From the NCBI GenBank assembly GCA_963804995.1, contig CAWDSK010000005.1, positions 480,001 to 544,000 of the forward strand: DNA of 64,000 bases. Reading direction: 5' to 3'. Positions 19,288-30,082 of this stretch are shown one piece after another. Positions within the stretch are counted from its first letter, which is position 1; the number at the start of each line of letters is the position of its first letter. The notes below the pieces were generated by a model. It was not told the origin of the DNA, did no database searches, and saw only the letters and a list, made by a program, of their open reading frames with translations. The position numbers were made by a program, and so were the translations under genes. Source of the stretch: an uncultured Acidobacteriota bacterium. Its GTDB lineage: Bacteria; Acidobacteriota; Terriglobia; UBA7540.

Positions 19288-19303
19288 CGGCATTGGGATT
19301 GCA
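19288..19303 (+). promoter_or_regulatory. Sigma-54 (-24/-12) promoter
   Basis: CGGCAT-TGGGA-TTGCA matches YGGCAY-N5-TTGCW with exact GG-N10-GC spacing, upstream of the eCIS operon. Confidence 0.7.
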
Positions 19304-19357
19304 ATAGCATAGACCGCAACAATCAGGGCTGAAACAATCAGACGGGAGGATCACCCA

Positions 19358-19594
19358 ACGGACAAGGGGGAGAGAGTCCGTTTTCGGATTTGTGATGTGT
19401 TCCTGCCGAGCCCTGAGGACATACTCATGGCGCCCGAGAAGGAAACAGAAGGCGCCATTGTGGATTTTTCCGATTCAGGCGCCAAGCCTCGCGCCTTCGC
19501 AGTGGTCGAGGTGGACGACGGGCAAACGATAGTTATACCCGTGGAAAAGTTAACGCTCGTGAGGTCTGCACCGCCGGAAAGCGGGCGGAGATAG
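19358..19594 (+). CDS. Small hypothetical beta-rich protein leading the eCIS transcript (possible ACG start; GTG at 19397 alternative)
   Basis: GGGAGG at 19344-19349, 8 nt before in-frame ACG 19358; reads DKGERVRFRICDVFLP...GAIVDFSDSG..RAFAVVEV...VIPVEKL. Confidence 0.55.
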   Translation, partial: TDKGERVRFRICDVFLPSPEDILMAPEKETEGAIVDFSDSGAKPRAFAVVEVDDGQTIVIPVEKLTLVRSAPPESGRR

Positions 19595-19671
19595 GGTTGC
19601 GGTATTTTGATCGAGCAGATGGAAAGGCGGGGTTTATGGTTTTTGAATTCCTAGAATTCTCAGACGCTCAC

Positions 19672-19820
19672 GTGACCCCTCACCCGTCCCGCCCCGGCTG
19701 ATGAAAACGCCGGCGGCGGTCCACCCTCCCCTCGGAGAGGGCGAGGCACCGTAAGTCCCAGCCTTCTCCCAGGGGAGAAGGTGGCCGACGTAGGAGGACG
19801 GATGAGGGGTTACTTCCACG
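19672..19820. repeat. CCCTCTCC...GGGTGAGGGG intergenic repeat family, inverted doublet
   Basis: 19672-19742 is the reverse complement of the copies at 27.7 kb and 30.1 kb; a diverged forward copy follows at 19762-19820. Confidence 0.8.
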
Positions 19821-20046
19821 CCCGGGGCGCCGGAACAATTTACAACTATGAATTCAAAACCCATCAGCCCCGCCGCAAACGCGGCAAACGAGATCTTGTC
19901 AGTCTTGCGCCCCTTGGTCGCCGCGGCAACCACGGGGCGCAAGAGGAAAGAATAAAAGGGAAGGTCCTGAGACGGCGGGGCTGAAGCCTGCCCTTCCTCT
20001 CACCGGTGAGAGATCCGAATTAGCAAGCCTCAAGAGGAGATGACAA

Positions 20047-22122
20047 ATGGCGGTAAACCCCACTTACCCTGGTGTATACATTCAGGAATTACCGAGTGCC
20101 GTCCACCCCATTACGGGCGTCGCGACCTCGATAGGTGCGTTCGTAGGTTACACGGCTCGCGGCATCGACAATCGCGCCGAACAGATCTTCAGCTTTCCGA
20201 TTACGAACGCTTGTTTGGGGGGCTCGCCTCCGACAGCGAGTTGAGTTATGCGGTGCAACAGTTCTTCGCCAACGGCGGGACCCAGGCTTATGTGGTTCGC
20301 ACGCCGCGGACCGGCGCCACTGGGCGCACAATGTAGTTTTTAACTCGTTGACCTTCACCGCTTTGAGCAGCGGCACATGGGCGGATGGCGAACTGCTGAT
20401 CGATGTGGACTACAACGGGGTAGATCAGACGACTGACGCCACGGCGTTCAACTTGACTATCACCAATCTTGTGGATGGCACGGTCGAGACTTTCCCCAAC
20501 GTCTCGTTGAAAAGCACTCAAAGCAACTACATCGCCAACGTGGTGAATGATCCCGATAATGGTTCGCAACTGGTGAACGTCCAAGTGGGGAGCCCGGCGC
20601 CAGACCACGGCTCCGGCTATAACAGGTGTCGTGGGTGGGGCGAATCGCGTCATCGCCACCGTCAATACTGCCTTCGGGGTCACAACCTCGAATACCAGCG
20701 ATTTGAGCAATGACCTGGCAGCGCATTGAGACAATGAAGACGTGCCTCTTCGCGCCTTCCACCGCACCTTCGCCGTTTCCGATTACCGTGAAGGTCTTCG
20801 CGAAAACCACTCCCCTACCACAAACCGTTTCGGGTTTGGCGTCGCAGATCCAGAGAGCGATCAACTCGGCGCTGGCGGTGCAGATGCCGGGAGCATCGGT
20901 CGTGTGCTCCGTATCCGCGACCCAGCAGCAGTCAGGCCATTCGGGTCAACGCCTTGCTGCCCCAATACCCCGATGCGGTGGTGAACTTTTCTACCTTCAC
21001 ACCCGTTCCCCCAGGGCCGTCCGATGCTTCCACGGCACTCGGCCTTAGCTCAGCCGCGAGCCCTGCCGCGACCAATAATGTGGCGCATTACGCCCTCGGG
21101 ACGGACAATGGAACATCTTCAACCCCGGCCTGGGGCGGACAACAAACCAGCTCAGCTCTGGGTTCAGACGGAACTGGACTTCCCGGAACGGATGATCTGA
21201 TCGGCGACCCAGGCGTTATTCACCGGCATTTACGCCTTGGAAAAGGTGGACCTTTTCAATCTGCTGTGCATTCCGGACGCCACCCGCGCCATGCCGGGAA
21301 ATCCCTCTACAGCTCGACAGCACCGTGGATCCCAACAGCATCTATAGCGCTGCCATCGCGCTTTGTGACAGCAAGCGAGCGTTTCTTCTTGTTGGATTGT
21401 CCACCCTACGTCAATACCGTGTCCGCAGCGGTGGATTGGAAGACCAGCGGGCTTAACTGTCGTCAGCGATGAGAACGGCGCGGCATTCTTCCCCCGGCTG
21501 CGGGTGCCTGATCCGCTCAATAATTATCAACTTCGTACCTTTGCTCCTTCGGGTGTAGTCGCTGGACTCTACGCGAGAATTGACGCGACGCGAGGCGTAT
21601 GGAAAGCACCCGCCGGAACCGAGGCCACGCTTTCCGGAGTCCAGGGGCTCGTGTACAAGCTCAGCGATGCCGAGAACGGTGTTCTCAATCCGCTGGGCTT
21701 GAATTGTTTCCGAACGTTTCCGGTGTATGGCTCCGTGCTTTGGGGCGCACGCACGCTGCTGGGAGCGGACGCAGAGACGAGTCAGTGGAAATATGTGCCC
21801 GTTCGCCGCGTCGCGTTATTCCTGGAGGAAAGCCTCTACCGCGGAACGCAATGGGTGGTCTTTGAGCCGAACGACGAGCCTCTCTGGTCGGCCATTCGGC
21901 TGAAATGTCGGCTCCTTCATGCAGAACCTTTTCATCAAGGGCTTATTTCCAGGGGCAGACTCCCGGCCGAAGCCTACTTCGTGAAGTGCGACAGCGAAAC
22001 CACCACCCAGACAGACATCGACAACGGCGATCGTCAATATCGTGGTGGGCTTCGCTCCACTCCAACCGGCTGAGTTCGTCGTCATCCAGATCCAACAGAT
22101 GGCCGGGCAAACCGCAAGCTAG
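20047..22122 (+). CDS. eCIS contractile tail sheath protein (Afp2/3/4-like); several frameshifts in this sequence
   Basis: TYPGVYIQELPS..PITGVATSIGAFVG; PSGVVAGLYARIDATRGVWKAPAG; WGARTL; WKYVPVRR; WVVFEPNDEPLW; FAPLQPAEFVVIQIQQ. Confidence 0.92.
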
Positions 22123-22133
22123 GGAGGACTCGC

Positions 22134-22666
22134 ATGGCTGAATTCACCGTTAACCCCCAACGCTTTGATCCCTACAAGAACTTCAAGTTCCGCGTGAAGT
22201 GGGACGGTCAATACGTGGCGGGCGTCAGCAAGGTTACCGGCCTCAAGCGGACCACCGAGGTGGTGAAGCACCGCGAAGGGGGCGATCCCGTCGACCAGCC
22301 GGAAGTCGCCGGGCCGTAATGAGTTCGACGCCATCACACTCGAGCGCGGCGTAACCCACGATGTGGCCTTCGAGCAATGGGCCGGCAAGGTTTGGCAACT
22401 CGGCGCCCGACTGGGAGCGGAGGTCTCGCTGGCGGATTTCCGCAAGGACATCATCATCGAACTCTATAACGAGGCGGGCCAGAAGGTTCATAGCCTACAA
22501 CGTCTACCGCTGCTGGGTGTCGGAGTACCAGGCTCTGCCGGATCTCGATGCCAACGCCAACGCCGTCGCCATCCAGCACATCAAGTTGGAGAACGAGGGT
22601 TGGGAGCGGGACATTTCCGTGACTGAGCCCACTGAGCCCTCCTTCAATGTTCCCACAGGCCAGTAG
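22134..22666 (+). CDS. eCIS tail tube protein (T4 gp19 / Afp1/5-like); two frameshifts
   Basis: RFDPYKNFKFRVKWDG..VAGVSKVTGLKRTTEVVKHREGG; ITLERGVTHD; RCWVSEYQALPDLDANANAVAI; GGAGG RBS. Confidence 0.93.
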
Positions 22667-22671
22667 CTGCA

Positions 22672-23416
22672 ATGCGCGCACTATCGGCTGCGGAACTGTT
22701 GGAGGTTTGGGAGTCGCGGCCTCGCCCAAGCGCCGACTGATCGAGCGCTGGAGCTCTTGGCGGCCGCGTGGCCTGAAACGCCTCGAGACACCTTGGCCGG
22801 CCTCAGCATCGGCCAACGAGACGGCAAATTGCTAATGCTGCGCGAGCGGCTCTTTGGGCGGCTGATGGCTGCGGTCGTGGCCTGCCCGCGCTGTGCCTGA
22901 GCGACTGGAGCTGACCCTGGATACTCGCGGAGTTGCGATCCAGTTCTGGCCAAAAGCCGGAAAGTGAGATTCCGCTGAGCATCGGCCGGATACGAATGAG
23001 TTTTCGCCTTCCCACCGGCCCGGATGTGAGAATGCGGCGGCAGGCCGATCGGACTATGGCTCGCAGCCGTAGCGCATGTTACTCCGGACGTTGCTTGCTG
23101 TCCGTGCACGCGGGGGTGAGCCCGATTAGGCGCCGACCAATTACCCGCGGAGGTTGTCGAGGCTGTCACGCAGCGCATGGCGGAGGCTGACCCTCTGGCA
23201 GACATTCAAATCGCCATTGTCTGTCCCTCCTGCCGCAGGGGTGGCGTGCGGCCTTTGACATCCTCTCGTTCCTGTGGAGCGAAATCGAAGCTTGGGCCTG
23301 GCGGATGCTGAGCGACGTGCACACCTTGGCGTCAGCCTACGGCTGGTCGTGAACGAGACATCCTGGCACTTAGTCCGACGCGGCGGCAATTCTACCTGGA
23401 AATGGTGGGGGCATGA
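22672..23416 (+). CDS. eCIS-associated CxxC baseplate/tail assembly protein (gp26-like); frameshifted
   Basis: Stitched reading MRALSAAELLEVWE..LSIGQRDGKLL.LRERLFG..CPRC..CPSC..FDILSFLWSEI..VHTLASAYGW..ILALSPTRRQFYLEMV; absent from the ORF track as one gene. Confidence 0.7.
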
Positions 23417-24342
23417 GCGATTTCCTGAGTAACTTGGTAGCTCGGAGCCTCGGCACTTTGGAGGTGATCCGGCCGCGCGTGCCCTCCCTTTATGAACCGC
23501 ACCGCCGGGAGAGTGGACTGATGGGCGCGCCCCCCGGCTTTCCCAAGCGAGAGTCCGATTCCGGAACGCCGAGCGAAACCAGTTTAGATGGCAATACCAA
23601 CGTTGCTCCTACCGACCACAGCATTGATGGATTGCGAAGACCCGTGGCAAGCCCCTCTGCGCACGAATCACAATCTAACGAATCGGCGCCCGACGCGCTG
23701 CCAGTCGAAGGGTCCAAGCGAGCAGAGCCAACAGAACCTGTGGCGGCGACAAGTACTAGTCGCGATGAAATCCGCCCCAGGCCGGTTACTGTCCATCAGG
23801 TTTCAACCCACCCCGGACCCAGGCCTGACTTGAACCTGCCCTCGAACGCGCCGCGCGGAACTTTGGATCCGATCCCCTGGCCGGCAAGCACCGAACCAGC
23901 AGGAATCAGCCCGGCCATCTCTCCCGAAAGCAACATGGCGCGAGACACGCCCAACCGCACCCGCCTCCTGACCGAAGCGGAGGTTTCCCCCAGGCTTACG
24001 CTTGCGCATCGTCCCCGCTCAGCAGAAATGTTGGTTGAGCCAAGCAGGAATCAACCGGCAACTTCCAGCGCCCATGCCGACCAGCCTCTCGCAGCTCATC
24101 CGGCGTCATTAGCCAAAAGTGCCATCCGGCCGCCCGTGGCAACACGCTCCGCAGCCGCCAGAAATCCAGTAACACAGCCAGCATCCAATCCGAACAATTC
24201 TACGATTCAAGTATCGATAGGCCGGGTGGAAGTGCGAGCCGTTTTTCCCGAACCACCAGCGCGCCGCAGCCAGCCGCCACGCTCAAGGCCCACAGTCTCT
24301 TTGGATGACTACTTGAATCCGCGCCATCGGGGGAAGGGATGA
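23413..24342 (+). CDS. Pro/Ser-rich low-complexity eCIS-associated hypothetical protein
   Basis: Intact ORF coupled by ATGA overlaps at both ends; ordered-looking ends MSDFLSNLVARSLG and IQVSIGRVEVRA...VSLDDYL. Confidence 0.75.
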   Translation: MSDFLSNLVARSLGTLEVIRPRVPSLYEPHRRESGLMGAPPGFPKRESDSGTPSETSLDGNTNVAPTDHSIDGLRRPVASPSAHESQSNESAPDALPVEGSKRAEPTEPVAATSTSRDEIRPRPVTVHQVSTHPGPRPDLNLPSNAPRGTLDPIPWPASTEPAGISPAISPESNMARDTPNRTRLLTEAEVSPRLTLAHRPRSAEMLVEPSRNQPATSSAHADQPLAAHPASLAKSAIRPPVATRSAAARNPVTQPASNPNNSTIQVSIGRVEVRAVFPEPPARRSQPPRSRPTVSLDDYLNPRHRGKG

Positions 24343-25546
24343 GCAACTACCTGGCGATCGCGACCGTAACCGCCGCCCTCCAGCAAGTTTTGCAGGGTCC
24401 GGTGGTGAATGCGGTGACGGGCGCCAACGTCGGCTTCAACCGCCCGGATGGGAAAGCTTCCGCCAAGGGGCCGCAGGTCAATGTCTACCTATACCAGGTC
24501 ACTCCCAACGCGGCCTATCGCAACGTGGACTTGCCCACTCGTCGCGCCGACGGAACGGTGGTTCAAAAGCCCCAAGTGGCGCTGGATCTTCATTATTTAT
24601 TCACGTTTCGCGGCAGCGACGACAAGTTGGAGCCGCAGCGCATGCTGGGCGCGGTCGCCAGCACGCTCCACGCTCAGCCGCTGCTCTCAACCCAGAATAT
24701 TCAAGCCGCCGTCACCCAGTTCAGCTTCCTGGCCGGCTCCGGTCTGGATAGCCAGGTGGAGCGGGTGAAGTTCACCCCCACCGCGTTGTCACTCGAAGAG
24801 TTCACGAAACTGTGGTCGGCATTCTTTCAAGTGGAGTACAGCTTCTCGGCTGCCTATCAAGCCTCTGTGGTGCTGATTGAAAGTGGCGACGCCCCGCAGG
24901 CAGCGTTGCCCGTGCAGTCCCGGAACCTTTACGTGCTGCCCTTTGAGCAGCCGGTGATTACCCAGGTCATTCCCCAGTCGGGTGCGGGCCAGCCGATTCT
25001 TCCCACCAGCACGTTGGTCATCCAGGGCAGCCACTGCTCGGCGACCTCACCACCGTGCGCTTGGGAGACTTGGTGGTGACGCCGCCCACGGTGACCGACA
25101 AGCGCCATCATCCTGCCGGTCCCGGCCGGCTTGCCGGCGGGCGTGCTGGGCGTGCAAGTGATTCAACAAATGCAGATGGGGACGCCGCCCCAACCGCATC
25201 CCGGCTTCGAATCCAACGTGGCGGCGATGGTGTTGCACCCGGTCATCTTCCCCGAGCGGCAACCTGCCACACAAATCAGCGTGAACATTACGCCCACGGT
25301 GCAGCCGGCGCAGCGCGTCACGTTGCTGCTCAACGAAGCCACCATTCCGCCTCCGTCGCCGCCCGCGGCTTACACTTTCACTCTTCCGCCGCTCGCGCAA
25401 GCACCAGTACCCTGGTCTTTCCCATCACGCAACGTCCAGGGAGGCGGCACGACTTATTTCATCCGGGTAACGGTTGACGGCGCGGAGAGTCCCCTGGACC
25501 TGGACCCGGCAGCGCGACTTTCGGCCCTACGGTGACGATCCCATGA
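24339..25546 (+). CDS. DUF4255 / Pvc16-Afp16 cap (sheath terminator) protein with C-terminal Ig-like domains; frameshifted after ~25030
   Basis: MSNYLAIATVTAALQ, VNVYLYQVTPNAAYRNVDLP, ALDLHYLFT, LSLEEFTKLWS, SAAYQASVVLIE; C-terminal IRVTVDGAES. Confidence 0.88.
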
Positions 25547-27591
25547 GCCAAACCTCCGTCCAGCAGTTGGGAAGAGGCCAACCAGAGTTGCCTGATGGCG
25601 GCGCTCTCCGAAGTGCGCGCCGCGCTCGCGAAGCTTCTTTCGCGCGCCCGGAAGCTCAGACCGCCGCGGACGAGCACGGCGGCAGCGCAGAACGATCGCC
25701 GGAGGAAGTTCGCCGCGCTCGATGCCCGCTCCACCGGCACTCGATACCCTCTGTGCCACGTTCGGCCTCTCCAACTTCGAGCGCAAGATTTTGCTGATGT
25801 GCGCCGGGGTGGAATTGGATTCCCGCTTCGCGAGCCTCTATGCCGCGGCCAACAAGGATCTGCGCTCACTCACTCCCCACCTTCAGCCTGGCGCTTGGCG
25901 GCGTTCGAGGATGCGCACTGGAGCGCCCTCCTACCGGCGCAGCCTTTGCGCTATTGGCATCTGGTGGAGGTGCTGCCCGGCGACACGCTGACTGCCAGCC
26001 CGCTGCGCATCGACGAGCGCATCCTCCACTATCTGGCTGGGGTGCCCTCGCTTCGACGAGCGTTTGCGCGGTCTCACCGAACCGCTGAGCGCCGGTGGGC
26101 GGATTGCCGGTGTCGCAGCGCGCCGTGGCGGAGCAGGTGGCCGACAGTTGGTCGCAAGCCAACCGGCAATCGCGTGGCCCGTGGTGCAGTTGTGCGGCAG
26201 TGATCTGGCCGGCAAGCGCGCAGTGGCGGCGCAGGCGTGCGCCCTGCTCGGCCTGAGTCTGCGCGTCATGCCGGCCACGTCGTTCCCCGCGGGGTGGCCG
26301 AGCTTGACCTCTTCATCCGGCTTTGGGAGCGCGAAGCCGCGCTGAATCCGAGCGGCTTTGCTGCTGGAATACGATGAAACGGAAACCGCGGATGCGCAGG
26401 GGGACGCGAGTCTCAAGCGGCTGGTGGAAACGCTTCGCAGCCCACTCCTGGTTTCTACCCGCGAGCGGCATAAGCCCGTGGAGCGCCGGCTCCTCTCCTT
26501 CGATGTGCCCAGGGCAACCTCGGCTGAGCAGCTTCAGATCTGGAAGGAAGCGCTGGGGGCGGCCGCCTCCGCGCTCGATGGAAGGGTGGAAACACTGGTC
26601 TCCCAATTCAGCTTGAGCGCCGGCAACATTCACGCCGCCGTGGCGCAGGCGCTCCAGCCGGAGCGCAGGCGCGCGAACTGGCGCGGCCGGTGCTGCCTCG
26701 GCGACTCGTCGCGCTGGGCGTTCGGAGAACGAATTGGCGGCAGCCTTGTGGGATGCCTGCCGCCTGCAGGCTCGGCCGCGCCTGGAGGGATTGGCGCAGC
26801 GGATTGAGCCTTCCGCCACCTGGGATGACCTGGTGCTGCCGGAGGCGCAGAAACAACTTCTCCAGCAGATCGCCCTGCACGTTCGCCAGCGCACCAAGGT
26901 TTATCAGGCCTGGGGATTTGCTTCCAAGGGTTCGCGCGGCCTGGGGATCAGCGCTTTGTTCGCCGGGCCCAGCGGCACCGGCAAGACGATGGCCGGCGAG
27001 GTCCTGGCGAACGAACTGCGCCTGGATTTGTACCGCATCGACTTGAGCCAGGTGGTCAGCAAGTATATCGGGGAGACGGAGAAGAACCTGCGCCGCGTGT
27101 TTGATGCCGCCGAAGGGGGCGCCGCCATCCTGCTGTTTGATGAGGCCGACGCCTTGTTCGGCAAGCGCAGCGAGGTGAAGGATAGTCACGACCGTTACGC
27201 CAACATTGAAGTCGGTTACTTGTTGCAACGCATGGAGGCCTACCGCGGCCTGGCCATCCTGACCACCAACCGGAAAGAGGCCTGGATTTTGCCTTTCTGC
27301 GCCGGATTCGATTCGTGGTGGAGTTTCCCTTTCCGGAAGCCGCGCAGCGGGCGGAGATCTGGCGCCGGGTTTTTCCCGCGCCAAACGCCCACGGAGGGAT
27401 TGCGCATCGATCGGCTGGCGCGCTTGAGCGCGGCGGGCGGAAACATCTACAACATCGCCATGGGCGCGGCGTTTCTGGCCGCGGATGCGGACGAGCCCGT
27501 GCGCATGTCGCACCTGCTCTCCGCCGCGCGCAGCGAATTCACCAAACTCGAACGCCCGCTGACGGACGCGGAAACCGCGGGGTGGGTGTGA
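25543..27591 (+). CDS. eCIS AAA+ ATPase (Afp15/Pvc15-like); frameshifted
   Basis: FGLSNFERKILLMCAGVELD N-domain; GPSGTGKT; DLSQVVSKYIGETEKNL; LLFDEADALFGKRSEVKDSHDRYANIEV. Confidence 0.93.
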
Positions 27592-27594
27592 GGA

Positions 27595-27671
27595 GCAGAA
27601 GGCAGTAGGCAGAAAGCGGAAGGCGGAACGCGGAAAGCAGTACGCAGTAGGCAGAAAGCAGTAGGCAGCGA
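27595..27671 (+). repeat. Heptamer tandem repeat GC(A/G)G-N3, 11 units
   Basis: gcagaag gcagtag gcagaaa gcggaag gcggaac gcggaaa gcagtac gcagtag gcagaaa gcagtag gcagcga. Confidence 0.85.
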
Positions 27672-27733
27672 GCGCTTTGTACAAGTCCCAACAGGGTGGG
27701 GATAGGCAGCAAGTGTAGCGGCTCGTCCTTGAA

Positions 27734-27840
27734 TTCATAGCCCTCTCCGAGGGGTCGCAGATCCGCCGTGGCGGAAGAGGGTGGACCGCAGCCGGCGTTC
27801 TCATCAGCCGGGGCGGGACGGGTGAGGGGTTACTTGCACG
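27734..27840 (+). repeat. CCCTCTCC...GGGTGAGGGG repeat copy with an inserted mini-hairpin
   Basis: Near-identical to 30083-30163 plus an insertion containing TCCGCCgtGGCGGA; flanked by 13-bp direct repeat AGCAAGTGTAGCG (27708, 27855). Confidence 0.8.
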
Positions 27841-27961
27841 CTTGAAGCATCCGGAGCAAGTGTAGCGCAGACCTGTTTTGTAGGTCCGCGGCCTTTCGGC
27901 TTCTGAAGACGGAGAACGGTTCGTGAAGATAACACCACAACCCGCAGACAAACGGTATGAC

Positions 27962-28270
27962 ATGGTCAAAGTGCACATCGAGGAACTCGTGCTGCACGGC
28001 TTTGCCCCCGCTGACCGCGCACGGATCGCCACCGCCGTGGAGGATGAACTGGCGCGGCTGATCGGCGAAGGCGGTTGGCCAGGCGTGCGCGGGAATCCTG
28101 TTACCCGCGATCGGATCGATGGCGGGGCATTCAAAGTGAAGCCCGGCACAAAGCCCCAGGCGGCTGGGACCGAGATCGCGCGGGCGGTCTTTCAGAGCTT
28201 GAAACAGTATTCCAAGGCTTCGGCCAGGGCACTACGAACCCCGCTTAGTACAGGAGGTCGCCACCCATGA
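27962..28270 (+). CDS. Small eCIS-associated hypothetical protein
   Basis: MVKVHIEELVLHGFAPADRARIATAVEDELARL; ATGA-coupled to the DUF4157 gene. Confidence 0.7.
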   Translation: MVKVHIEELVLHGFAPADRARIATAVEDELARLIGEGGWPGVRGNPVTRDRIDGGAFKVKPGTKPQAAGTEIARAVFQSLKQYSKASARALRTPLSTGGRHP

Positions 28271-29402
28271 ATACGCGCGTTCAGATTCCCGAAAAGCCAA
28301 CCACGGCCCCACCGCAGCGCCCCAGCCCTGTGCCCTTCGGAACCCTGCAAAGGGATTGCTCTTGCGGAGGCTCGGGGGGTGGATGCGAGGAATGTAAAAA
28401 GAAGAAAGAAACCTTGCAGCGTCACGCTCGGGAGAACAACAGGCCGGCCGCGATCCCCCCGATCGTGAGTGAGGTGCTGCGCTCGCCCGGCCAATCCCTT
28501 GATGCGAACACGCGCGCCTTCTTTGAGCCACGCTTCGGGCACGATTTCAGCAACGTGCGCGTCCACACGGACGCACGCGCCGCCGAGTCCGCCAGTGCCG
28601 TCCAGGCCCACGCTTATACGGTCGGACGGGACATGGTGTTTGGCGCGGCCCAGTATGCGCCGGGAACGGCAGCGGGGAACAGCCTGCTCGCGCACGAATT
28701 GACGCACGTGGTGCAGCAGGAGCAAGGGGTGCAGGGGGGCGGTTCCGCGCGGAGCATCAGCAGCCCCACGGATGCCGCAGAGCGGGAAGCGGACAGCGTC
28801 GGACGCGCCAGCTTGAACGGCCAGGTGGCGCCCTCGCAATCCGTTTCTCCCGGAAGTCTGTTGCGGCTGGGGGCGAATCCGAATTGTACCAGGCGGAGGC
28901 CGATGCCATCCATCAAGGCTATCTACGACGCGCGTGGTCTGGCTGAACAAGGCGATCCCGGAGCTGGGACAAACCCGCCTTGCCAAAGTACTGGCCAGCC
29001 TGCGCAAGAATTTTGGCCCCACTTACGGGGTGGCGGCCAACGCCCAGCCATACAGGCCCGTTTGTCGGCAGCGCTCAGTGCGCTCGGCACGAACCCTTAT
29101 TCCTGTGCAAAAGGGCCTGCTGACGCCACCTGCGCCGCCGGCAACTGCGGCTACACACCGGGAGCGGGGTCACACCCTGCGACCATCTGTACGAACAATA
29201 CCCTCAAGGCGGGTTCGAGCGCCGTGTTTAAGGCAGGCTGCGTGTTGCACGAATCGTTCCACGCCACCTTTGCCCGAATTGACGTCGACTCCTATTCCGG
29301 CTGGCATGGGAATGCCCAGCCGACGCCCGGGTATCCGGGCGGCGGCACCGACCCGTGCTGAACGCGGATTCGTATACGACGCTGATAATGGATTTGTCGT
29401 GA
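28267..29402 (+). CDS. DUF4157 (eCIS core domain) protein with C-terminal M35-like zinc metallopeptidase; frameshifted
   Basis: LQRDCSCGGSGGGCEECKKK; FEPRFGHDFSNVRVHTD..AHAYTVGRD..LLAHELTHVVQQ; second HExxH VLHESFHA; NADSY..IMDLS* in the shifted frame ending 29402. Confidence 0.85.
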
Positions 29403-29413
29403 AGGAGATTAGA

Positions 29414-30021
29414 ATGCCCAGCATTTCACCGATTCTGCTGAAAGGCGCAATCGTCTCAGTCGATCCGAACATTGGTATTCCCCTGGGCACGATCACGTTT
29501 CAGTACAACCCGGACGAGGTGACGCGCAGCCTTAAGCCCCAGAGCGTCGGCGACGAGCCGGACCGCACAGAGATTCTGCGCCTGAAGGGTCCGCCGATTG
29601 AGACGATCAAGTGCACGGTGGAGATCGACGCGACAGACCAGCTTGCCGCGAGCGATCCCAACACCCTGGCCTATGGGATCCAACCGCAATTGGCAGCTCT
29701 GGAGCTGCTGGTTTATCCCTCCAGCGCGGTGCTGATCGCGAATGAGATGCTTTCGTATGTGGGCACGATTGAGATTCTTCCCATGGAGTCGGCCCTCACA
29801 CTCTTTGTCTGGAGCAAGACGCGCGTTACACCCGGTGCGCATCACGGATCTCGACGTTACCGAAGAAGCGTTTGATCCCGCAACTGAATCCCATTCGCGC
29901 CAAGGTGTCACTGGGGATGCGCGTGCTGAACGTTAACGATGTGGGATTCCTGACGCCGGCGGGGGCGCTGTACATGGTTTATCAGATGGAGAAGGAGGCG
30001 CTGGCGTTGCTGTCGCTGTGA
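29414..30021 (+). CDS. eCIS tube-initiator (Afp7/Pvc7 tube-like domain) protein; one frameshift near 29830
   Basis: AAGGAG RBS; ITFQYNPDEVTRSL, LRLKGPPIETI, TLFVWSKTRV, VRITDLDVTEEAFDPQLNPIRAKVSLGMRVL. Confidence 0.8.
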
Positions 30022-30082
30022 TGAGGTAAGGCCGGGATTCCGATTCCCACCCCTCTTCTTTGGGAGAGCGGAGCGATTTTGA

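Noticed and set aside
27595..27671. CRISPR array
   Set aside because: 7-bp units with no spacers and no cas genes; a simple heptamer repeat.
26608..28149. 513-aa minus-strand ORF and other long antisense ORFs (7021-8175, 44425-45495, 45935-47062, 57146-58129)
   Set aside because: Shadow frames of well-supported genes in GC-rich DNA, with no recognisable motifs.
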